The notes beneath the pieces are model-generated. The model searched no databases and was not told the origin of the DNA. It saw only the letters and a program-made list of their open reading frames with translations. A stretch of 64,000 nucleotides of DNA, from NCBI GenBank assembly GCA_020348445.1, contig CP070751.1, positions 516,594 through 580,593 on the forward strand. Direction: 5' to 3'. Positions 1 to 8,335 of the stretch are shown here, piece after piece (position 1 is the first letter of the stretch; every line of letters begins with the position of its first letter). A program made the position numbers and the translations under genes. This DNA comes from Thermoplasmata archaeon. Lineage in GTDB: Archaea > Thermoplasmatota > Thermoplasmata > GCA-020350865.

Positions 1-1
1 T

Positions 2-3000
2 TGCATTCACTTTTATTGTAACATTTTCTCCTAAATCCACATGTATAGGGTGAGAGGGAGAGCGAAACACGTTTTCACCATTCACAACCACTGAATTTGG
101 AACTATGTCAGGTCCGATTGTAAAATGGAGCACAAACTTATTATTTTCTTCATTTTGTTCTGGAAGGGCATCATCAGGATCAATGATTATTACGATATAA
201 AAATCTCCAGCTGAATTTGGAGGAAGCCACTCTCCGATAATCTCCCCTGAATCCTCGCCAGAAAGAAGCCCGGAAAGTGTGGTTGTATAAAACGGTCCTC
301 CCAGGGGGGTTCCCCTTGGAGTTGAATTGAAGAATGATATATTGTAAGATAAGGAGTCATCAACCCCAGATAAACCAAGGTTCGTTGCATTTGCACTTAT
401 TGTGACTGGATCATTTGCTGTAGCGTTCCAGGAAATGCCGGGATCATTTGCATCGTTTCCATCAACACGAACCTCAGATATTGCATAATCAGGGGAGAAA
501 GCCAGATGCAACACAAAGACATTGTTTCCCTCGTCTATCTCGGTTGTTGTCTCGTTGTAATCGATTATAATCGCTATATAGAAATCCCTATTTTCATTGG
601 GCACATACCAAAACGCCGTCTGAGTAACGGAAGATTCACCTGCACCAAGACCCGGTAATCCATAAATCATCTGAATCGGGTTTGAGCCTATTAAATCCCC
701 CTCACTTGTGGAGTTCCAAATTGCTATGCTATAGGTGATATTTGAAGAGACTCCGGAAAAACCCGTGTTTTTTGCCACTACACCTATTTCAACTGGTATC
801 CCCAAATCCACATACCAGATAATGCTGGAATTTGATGCATCCATTCCATCCACGGTAATGTTTGCTGGAACATAGTCAGGGCCTATTGCGAAGTGTAGAA
901 CAAAGGAATTATTATCCTCGTCCACCTCCAAGATCTCGTTTCCCCAATCCACGATAATCTCCACAAAATGATCCCCAAGCAATGTAGGTGCCCGCCAAGA
1001 AAATAAAACCGTGCCCGAGTCTTGATATTGTCCCAAGGGAGCTATGGTCAAATTCAAGGGATTGCCAAAACCCGTGAGATTATAAAGACTTACATTAAAT
1101 GAAATACCCGAAGAAAAGTAGCCTATGTTCGTTATGTTCACTCCGATGAGCACCAAATCCCCTGAATCGGCGTACCATATCTTAGATTGATCAAGAGCGT
1201 CTTCACCGTCTATGCTTAAATATGATATTATAAGTTCTGCAGGGGCCTCTGTTTCGAAAGTCCATGAATAAGCATCGTCTTCATAGCCATCAGGATCGCC
1301 GTTTTCGTTGCCGTCCAGTTGCTCGCCAAATATGTTCTTTGCAGTGATATTTATTCTCACTTCATAAAGAGTACCGTATTTCAAATCAAATTCAGGGAGA
1401 AAGTATGTCCTGTTATCCTCCCAAATGAAGCTTCCGTCATCTTTGTCCCATATGGTTACACCATCAGTGATGGTAAATGACTCCAATACAGAACTCTGAT
1501 TCATCTCTTGGCTGAAGTTTATCTCAATCTCGGCATCAATATCAACATCGGTTCCCGAAGGCAGGGCCTCGTGTACTACAGGAAGTCCTATTTCTGGATC
1601 GTAGATGGTCTTAAATGTCCATGTATAATCATCTATTGGGGAGCCTTCACCTGCACCGTTTGCATTTCCATCCAATGTGTTGTCATGCCAATCAAAGGCA
1701 GTGCCCTTTAAGGTTACCGTGTAAAACTGGCTATAATTGAAGGGGGAGGACGGAATAAAGGTCATGATATAAGAGCTCCTTCCCCACGATCCATCTGCTG
1801 AGGTCCAGGTTATGGTACCATTTGTATAACTGAAAGCATCCTCCACAGAAGTTTTGTTCATGAGCTCGCTAAAGTAAATTTTGATGGGAGAATCTATATC
1901 CACCATGTTTCCTGTTGGTTGGACATTTAAAATCGAAGGGGGAGTGATATCGTATCTTGTGGTTGTAAATGACCATGAGTAATCATCTGTGGGTGAACCT
2001 TCTGCCAGCCCGTTTGCGTTGCCGTCCAAGGTATAACCAACTATGTCCTGTGCAATATTCCCGTTGATTGTGACTGTATATTCAGTCAAATCCAAAAACT
2101 CCCATTTGGGATGAAAATAAAGCGTATTGTTATCCCATGAAAATTCACCAGGTATCTCGGGATATAAGGAAAATGCAGATTCTGCGTCCTCTCGAATCAT
2201 TGTCTCGCTGAATGTGATATTTATCGCGGAGGTGTTCGTGAGAACTGCAAATCCTGTAGGAAAAACCCCTGTTATCTGAGGTGGTGTCGTATCAGAAGGA
2301 TTTTCAGTATAGAATACCAGGATGAAGGGATTTTTAAGACTCCTACCAGATCCACCAGTCGCATTTGTTTTAACTGTGACCGAATAAAACCCACCCGTAA
2401 GAAGGTCGCTTGTAAAGGTTATGATAAGCCTCTTGTTTGAGTTTTGCCAGTCATATGAAAGAATCGGGATAAAAGGTTCAACAGTGATGTTGCCTTCAAA
2501 AGTCCCTTTAATCGCGCTCTCAGAAAGGTCAAAGGTTACAGTGGTATCCACTGCAACTAATATGGATCTATTTACAGGCGTAGAGCTCATAATTTTAAAT
2601 ATTGTGTTGTTGAAATCAACCAAAGGATATCTGTCCACTCCATTGATTTGTATGGGATAAGGCTCGTCTCCTATCCCGTTCGCATCAAGATCAATACCAT
2701 CGTAATCTCCCCAGTAGTTGCCCTCTGCGCCGTCATCCCACTGATTTTGGGAGTTGGAACTGTACGAATAGTATGTATGTCCTTTTACGGTGTTGTGGTG
2801 AATTAAATTGTCATAAGAGGGGCCTAGCAAGAAGATGCCGTAGTAATTATTGTAAAGCTCGTTTTCGGAAATCACACCATTTTTCGTACCCACATACGAA
2901 ATTCCATAAAATTTGTTGGTGGAGATGTTGTTGGAAATTACATTTATATCCTCACACTGCTGTGCTGAAATGGCAATATCATTTGAAAATATATGGCTGT

Positions 3001-4156
3001 TTTCCACTGTAGTATTGTGAGAGAACCTCACCGCAATTCCATACAAATTATTTGAAATATTGGCATCTCTTACAATAATAAAGGAGGACCCAATTTTAGA
3101 CTCATCATCCCATGATATGTATATCCCATAGTCGCCTGTGGAATATATATCAAGGTTTTCAAGAGTGCAATAAGAGGAATCCAACAAAGTCAATCCAGTT
3201 TGATCATTAGTGTAAATTTGGCTATTTTCTACTGTAATCGAGGATGAGTTTGACATGTATATGCCGTTTTCATTATCATAGAAAATGCAATTTTTTATGC
3301 CACCAAAGGTGCAATCAAGCATGTACATTCCATCTTCACCATTTGAAAAAATCTCACAGTTCTCAAAGATGATGTTTTTAGAAAATCTCATGGTGACACC
3401 CAGGTTCGAATTCTGATATATGTCAGAATTTATTATGGTAACATATGAGGATTGAAGGATGTGTATCCCGTTAAGCTCATTGGAAAAAGAATCAGAATCG
3501 AATATGTTTATCTCCGATGAATTGGAGATTGAAATACCCTGAAAAGAGTTGGAATTGATGGCGCAGTTAATAATGTCAGCATTGGAAGAACCATAGAAAT
3601 ATATGCCGCTGAATCCATTTTGCCCAATATTTGAGTTTTTAATCTGAGTATTGGATGAATAGGTGGAATATATTCCGTATCTTAGATTCTGTGAAATTGT
3701 GGTATTCTCAACTAGGTTATCACTTGCTTGGTGGATGTAAATGGCGTAATTCCCGTAAAGTACATCACAGTAGTTCATACGTAGGTGGCCTGTTGAGTTT
3801 ATTCTAATAGAATCCCAATCGCCAGAAGAAGGATTCCCAGAATTTGATGTGAATGTTATATGATTTGCATCATTGCCAAGGGCGGTTAGGTCACCTTCTA
3901 TGTAGAGATTGTATTTTCCATTGAACTTTACCTCAACACCCGGTTCTATTTCAAGGGTGATCCCAGAATCAACAATAACATCACCGTTAATGATGTATGG
4001 ACTGCCTGATACTCCCCAGGTAGTAGTTGTTGAGATATGGCCCCCTGGGATTTCTGTTCCACTTGTATCCTTCCCAAAAAAGATCAACAAATCGAAGGTG
4101 CATACAAATAATGTCGTCACCAGGATTATCGAGAGCGATTTTCTGAGCAGGGTCAT
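2..4156 (-). CDS. Large secreted surface protein (3' end outside window): N-terminal signal peptide, right-handed parallel beta-helix (NosD/CASH-like), about four SbsA/Big_5-type Ig domains, then at least three CARDB-like domains
   Basis: Not in the ORF track because no stop lies inside the window. Manual translation from the ATG at 4156 gives MTLLRKSLSIILVTTLFVCTFDLLIFFGKDTSGTEIPGGHISTTTTWGVSGSPYIINGDVIVDSGITLEIEPGVEVKF. Repeated LDGNxNG...DDYxWxFxT and I-D-x-x-N-x-x-x-E-x-x-E-x-N-N motifs follow. The frame is still open at the left edge (PSHPIHVDLGENVTIKVNA). Confidence 0.85.
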   Translation of the reverse strand, partial: MTLLRKSLSIILVTTLFVCTFDLLIFFGKDTSGTEIPGGHISTTTTWGVSGSPYIINGDVIVDSGITLEIEPGVEVKFNGKYNLYIEGDLTALGNDANHITFTSNSGNPSSGDWDSIRINSTGHLRMNYCDVLYGNYAIYIHQASDNLVENTTISQNLRYGIYSTYSSNTQIKNSNIGQNGFSGIYFYGSSNADIINCAINSNSFQGISISNSSEINIFDSDSFSNELNGIHILQSSYVTIINSDIYQNSNLGVTMRFSKNIIFENCEIFSNGEDGMYMLDCTFGGIKNCIFYDNENGIYMSNSSSITVENSQIYTNDQTGLTLLDSSYCTLENLDIYSTGDYGIYISWDDESKIGSSFIIVRDANISNNLYGIAVRFSHNTTVENSHIFSNDIAISAQQCEDINVISNNISTNKFYGISYVGTKNGVISENELYNNYYGIFLLGPSYDNLIHHNTVKGHTYYSYSSNSQNQWDDGAEGNYWGDYDGIDLDANGIGDEPYPIQINGVDRYPLVDFNNTIFKIMSSTPVNRSILVAVDTTVTFDLSESAIKGTFEGNITVEPFIPILSYDWQNSNKRLIITFTSDLLTGGFYSVTVKTNATGGSGRSLKNPFILVFYTENPSDTTPPQITGVFPTGFAVLTNTSAINITFSETMIREDAESAFSLYPEIPGEFSWDNNTLYFHPKWEFLDLTEYTVTINGNIAQDIVGYTLDGNANGLAEGSPTDDYSWSFTTTRYDITPPSILNVQPTGNMVDIDSPIKIYFSELMNKTSVEDAFSYTNGTITWTSADGSWGRSSYIMTFIPSSPFNYSQFYTVTLKGTAFDWHDNTLDGNANGAGEGSPIDDYTWTFKTIYDPEIGLPVVHEALPSGTDVDIDAEIEINFSQEMNQSSVLESFTITDGVTIWDKDDGSFIWEDNRTYFLPEFDLKYGTLYEVRINITAKNIFGEQLDGNENGDPDGYEDDAYSWTFETEAPAELIISYLSIDGEDALDQSKIWYADSGDLVLIGVNITNIGYFSSGISFNVSLYNLTGFGNPLNLTIAPLGQYQDSGTVLFSWRAPTLLGDHFVEIIVDWGNEILEVDEDNNSFVLHFAIGPDYVPANITVDGMDASNSSIIWYVDLGIPVEIGVVAKNTGFSGVSSNITYSIAIWNSTSEGDLIGSNPIQMIYGLPGLGAGESSVTQTAFWYVPNENRDFYIAIIIDYNETTTEIDEGNNVFVLHLAFSPDYAISEVRVDGNDANDPGISWNATANDPVTISANATNLGLSGVDDSLSYNISFFNSTPRGTPLGGPFYTTTLSGLLSGEDSGEIIGEWLPPNSAGDFYIVIIIDPDDALPEQNEENNKFVLHFTIGPDIVPNSVVVNGENVFRSPSHPIHVDLGENVTIKVNA

Positions 4157-4257
4157 CCTCCCCTTAAGATGTATACATTACGCTTTTCTTTTAAATAGAT
4201 TTTGTCGTGGGTATGAATTTTATTAATAGAGGTTAAATATAGTGTTCACTATATTAT

Positions 4258-4282
4258 AAAAAAAATAAAAAAAATAAAAAAA
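4258..4282 (-). terminator. Oligo-T tract (archaeal-type terminator) after the 4294-5439 gene
   Basis: A 25-nt almost pure A run on + (T-rich on -) starting 12 nt after the stop codon. Confidence 0.55.
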
Positions 4283-4293
4283 GGGTTTTGGTA

Positions 4294-5439
4294 TTACTCG
4301 TCGCCTGAGTTGTTCAGGTCGTCGCAGAGGTCCTTCCAGTACTCGTCGTTTGAGGGATCACCATCAAGAAGTGCTTCTTCCGTGTTTTGGATGACCTCCC
4401 AAAGGCTTGTTTCGTATACGTCGTCATCGTCTAAATCAGCATACTCGTTTCCTGAGACGTAGTTCAACCATACTGCAAGAAGCTGCTGGACAGCCCTGTC
4501 GTACATTGGATGTTTTCCTCTCAGCTCAAGTACAGCGAGTGCATTGTTCATATCTGGATATATTCCCTGTAACTCTGGTATATCGCTGTTTTCTGAAATA
4601 TACTCGCAATATGACAGCAACGTATCATAGTCCACATGGTTGTGGCCTTTTTTGATGGCCAAAGCCGTGCTGAACTGATGCTTCCAAAAACCTATGGTCC
4701 GAATTCCCCATTCCCCTGGTTCCGGTGGTTCCTCGGGACTTATGAGTTCTCCGGTGCAGATCGTAGTGGACTGGAAAGGTCCTGGCGGTCTGTCAGGGAA
4801 AGTCGATGTCTCTTTTTTACAGCCACCACTGCTATCCGGCATAATAATATCGATATGTACGATGATGTCAAAACGCGATTGACATACACCATTGTATTGA
4901 TCGATATAGGGTATCGCCCATTCTGCGCCTGATGCAGTGGATTTGAACATTGTAGAGTAACCATTTGGCATATTGGCACTGTTGCCGTTGTTGTCCTTGA
5001 AATCTATATAACCATCTTGATCCCAGTCTATTCTGACCCAGGCACCTGGATCGCATGTTGGAATAGAATAGCCGGGAAGCGGTTTGATGCCTATATAGAA
5101 ATAGTAACCCTGTTCATCTTCGGGGCCGAAGCCTGTCGGTGGATTGTCTATTCTTGGATTTGGATAGCTTGTCAGATCATCGAACATCATGTAGACCTCG
5201 GCCACTTTTGTGCTTATCGGTTTACCTGTGACATACATGTAGTCTATGAAAGAACCAAGTGGCCATGAAACACCAACCTGCACGACACCATCGATGTTAG
5301 GTGGAGTCGGATATTGGGGTGGTACCCATAAGTTGCCGTCGACAGGCGGCATATCAGGGGGCTTTGGTCCAACCACAGAAAAGATCGATATGAACATCAC
5401 TGCCATTGCGAAGAGTGCTATGTATTTTGTTTTGCTCAT
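4294..5439 (-). CDS. Secreted hypothetical protein; possible DOMON/CBM9-like N-terminal domain and a helical C-terminal domain starting TIGFWKHQ
   Basis: 381-aa ORF with a signal peptide (MSKTKYIALFAMAVMFISIFSVVG), a GGAGG RBS, Pro-rich linkers and acidic Ca-loop-like motifs (DWDQDG, DLDDDD). Confidence 0.7.
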   Translation of the reverse strand: MSKTKYIALFAMAVMFISIFSVVGPKPPDMPPVDGNLWVPPQYPTPPNIDGVVQVGVSWPLGSFIDYMYVTGKPISTKVAEVYMMFDDLTSYPNPRIDNPPTGFGPEDEQGYYFYIGIKPLPGYSIPTCDPGAWVRIDWDQDGYIDFKDNNGNSANMPNGYSTMFKSTASGAEWAIPYIDQYNGVCQSRFDIIVHIDIIMPDSSGGCKKETSTFPDRPPGPFQSTTICTGELISPEEPPEPGEWGIRTIGFWKHQFSTALAIKKGHNHVDYDTLLSYCEYISENSDIPELQGIYPDMNNALAVLELRGKHPMYDRAVQQLLAVWLNYVSGNEYADLDDDDVYETSLWEVIQNTEEALLDGDPSNDEYWKDLCDDLNNSGDE

Positions 5440-5877
5440 GTCTATTGCCTCCCTCCTGAGGCTTTGGGTATTTCAAAGTTGGCGTCATATGCTTTTTTCA
5501 GGTTCGCCAATTTTGCCACTTTTCGGGTTTCAACGCGCCCCTCCTTGGCGCTCCAGAGGTTGCATTTGATATGTTAATGTATGTTCATGCCCCTATTTAA
5601 ACCTTCGCTTTCTACTTTAAGAAAAATAAAGTAATGGCCATAAGAATTCCGGATCATTTCGATGAAAGCAATAACAAAGTTAAAAAGAAGAAATCAAGGT
5701 AATAAAAAATTCTTTGGGCAAATCTTTCTAGATTGATTTGTGTTGTGTTACGATCCTTTTTTCATTATCTTTTTTGATAATGAAAAGCTAAGTTTTAAGG
5801 AAGGGAAAATGGTTTTTCCCTAAGTAATTAGTAGAACGTTTATTCCAACTATGTGCGAATAAATAGAGGGGGTTGTC

Positions 5878-6426
5878 TTGCCCGATGAAAAACCCATTAA
5901 ATTGAAGCTTTGTTTACTTGGACCAGGTAATGTTGGAAAGACGAGTTTAATTAAGAAATATGTTTTTGACGAGTTCGATGACAAATACATAAGTACCCTC
6001 GGCACAAAGGTAACAAAGAAAGAAATGACTGTTCAGCATCCGAATAATGGTACGTCCAAGGATATAAACCTGATGATCTGGGACATCATGGGCCAGCAGG
6101 GTTTCCGTCAGTTACTTCAGCAGTCCTATTTTTTTGGAGCCCATGGAATAATGGGTGTGTGTGATGTCACAAAAGAAAACACACTCACAGAACTTCATGA
6201 TTGGATGAGAGCGGCATTTGGTGTGACCAATCAGGTACCCGCCGTGATCCTCGGTAATAAGTGCGACCTTTCTGAGCAACAGGAAATCAATCTGGATGAT
6301 ATGAACAATTTTGCCTCTGTTTATGATAACTCAGTGGCGTACTTATCAAGTGCCAAAACAGGAGAGAACGTTGAGCTTGCCTTCAAACTATTGGCCCAAA
6401 AAATTATAGAAATAGTGTTTGATTAG
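5878..6426 (+). CDS. Rab-like small GTPase (Ras superfamily)
   Basis: G1 GPGNVGKTS, G2 STLGT, G3 WDIMGQ, G4 NKCD, G5 SAKTG; no C-terminal Cys prenylation motif. Confidence 0.92.
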   Translation: MPDEKPIKLKLCLLGPGNVGKTSLIKKYVFDEFDDKYISTLGTKVTKKEMTVQHPNNGTSKDINLMIWDIMGQQGFRQLLQQSYFFGAHGIMGVCDVTKENTLTELHDWMRAAFGVTNQVPAVILGNKCDLSEQQEINLDDMNNFASVYDNSVAYLSSAKTGENVELAFKLLAQKIIEIVFD

Positions 6427-6583
6427 GACCTGGTAATTAATTGCCTAAAGCCTCTAGGAGGGGAGTCTTCATTTTATGATAGACAAGTTGCGACTATGCT
6501 GTAAGATTTAGGAAAATTATTATGCAAGACAAACACCAAACTCATGAAAGAATGAAATTTCCCAATGCCTATCTTGGTTGTCA

Positions 6584-8065
6584 TCAATAAACCAGATTTT
6601 CAACTACCCATTCACAATCACAGGTTGCATGCATCCAGTATCCCTTGCCTGGTTCCATGTACTCCCAGTCCTCTAGATTTTTTAAGACCTTGGTTGCATT
6701 ATCCTGGTGCATGATAGTATCCACTTCACTTCCAAAAGTAAGATTGTTTAGGGCATCATCTCTCAATCTCTTTATGCTGGAAGGATATCCGACTAGGTTC
6801 CAACCTCGATTTAGTGTGATAATCTGGGAGGAGTTCGGGGATTCTTCATTGAGCGAAAGTTCGGCTCCGTTGGGATCTATTATCTGAATCCAAAAACCCA
6901 TTTTGTTGTCCAAGTCACACAAATCATTCATATGCGACGGTTTTTCTATGTAACAATGTTTCCACGGATCTGAAACATCCGAAGATTTGTAAGCTTGCAC
7001 GGCGCGATACTCAGCGGAAATAGAGCCCAGAACGTATCCCAAGCTAGTATTTGCCACCATATTTGGAAAGGAAATTAGGTTCCAACCTTTCCAAAGGGAT
7101 ATGGGAGAAATCGGGGGGGACGGGATTGAATCATTAACTGTTATCGTATTGAAGGCCTTGTTGTTTCCTTCATCTGTTTCTGATATAAGGTTATCGCAAT
7201 CAACAACAACATAGATATCGTGTTCCCCGGAGGAGCCTGTGGTGTCCCATATTGTATTCACCATTGCAGATTCACCTTGTATCAAAATATGTGGGATCTG
7301 CTGCTCATCTCCTACCTGGAGACCACCTGTATCTGGGTCACCATCAAAGAATTTAATATGTACGGGGTATGCATCTGTTACACCTAAGTTATAGATGGTA
7401 GTGGATATGGTGACCTGTTGCCCTTCATAAGGAAATTCAGGAGAGAACTCTATATCTGTTTCATCCGTAAAAAGTTCCACTGATACAGATGCTCCACCAA
7501 AGTCAGCTGTATAAAGCGCGGAATTGGAATATCCATCCCAGTCTCCCACAAGTATTCCCAAACCTATTTCTTCAAAGTTTGGATTGATAATAATATCCCA
7601 ATGACCTGGACTGTTCTTCCAGGCCGACATACACCATTCTACATCTATCCCCCAAGTATTGTAGGCTATACATTCTCCAATATAGCTGTTTTCATACTCG
7701 GCATAATTTCTAACACGCTCAGAAAAACTGACACCATTGAATTGCCCCTGTTCAGATGATGAATGATCAAAAAAGTCATAGTCTATCATATCCTGGCTGT
7801 GAGCCCTTGCAACCCACCATAAGGTGGTGTTGAGTTTCAAAGGTCCGGCTCCATTGTCAGAGCGGTTCTCGTTGATCTTGTCCAGAAGTTGAAGTTCGGA
7901 AGTTGTGGGTACTATGTTGCCGTATTTTCCAGCCTCTACATTCTGGACTATATTATATGGTGAATAAAAAAATGTAAATAGAAACATCAGTATGATTAAG
8001 ACTACCATTACCGAGTGCTTGAATTTAATTTGTGATTTATCATTTCTTTTTGTGGACATGTTCAC
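6584..8065 (-). CDS. Secreted CAP (SCP/YkwD-like) + CARDB protein with a C-terminal duplicated GWNL domain, paralog 1
   Basis: CAP motifs INENR, ARAHSQDM, IGECIA and WKNSPGHWDII; CARDB motif VVVDCDNLISETDEGNN; LWKGWNLISFP and LNRGWNLVGYP. Confidence 0.88.
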   Translation of the reverse strand: MNMSTKRNDKSQIKFKHSVMVVLIILMFLFTFFYSPYNIVQNVEAGKYGNIVPTTSELQLLDKINENRSDNGAGPLKLNTTLWWVARAHSQDMIDYDFFDHSSSEQGQFNGVSFSERVRNYAEYENSYIGECIAYNTWGIDVEWCMSAWKNSPGHWDIIINPNFEEIGLGILVGDWDGYSNSALYTADFGGASVSVELFTDETDIEFSPEFPYEGQQVTISTTIYNLGVTDAYPVHIKFFDGDPDTGGLQVGDEQQIPHILIQGESAMVNTIWDTTGSSGEHDIYVVVDCDNLISETDEGNNKAFNTITVNDSIPSPPISPISLWKGWNLISFPNMVANTSLGYVLGSISAEYRAVQAYKSSDVSDPWKHCYIEKPSHMNDLCDLDNKMGFWIQIIDPNGAELSLNEESPNSSQIITLNRGWNLVGYPSSIKRLRDDALNNLTFGSEVDTIMHQDNATKVLKNLEDWEYMEPGKGYWMHATCDCEWVVENLVY

Positions 8066-8335
8066 ATCTTCATTTTTTTAATTTTCCTTTGGTATCTTAG
8101 GGGATTTATAGGAGCCCGAGATTTTTTATCCAAACTATTAATTTATATAAAGCATATTTATTTATAAGTGGTGAGCCAGGGCCCAAATGTGATTATCAAA
8201 AGTGAATCCAGGTTAAATAGAATGAGTTTTTTGACACCAGATTAAGCAATATGCACTTCTTTGAACATATCAAGATTGGTGTTTCTTTAAAATAAAAAAA
8301 ATTACCTCAATGAATGGTGGATATATATGCAAATC

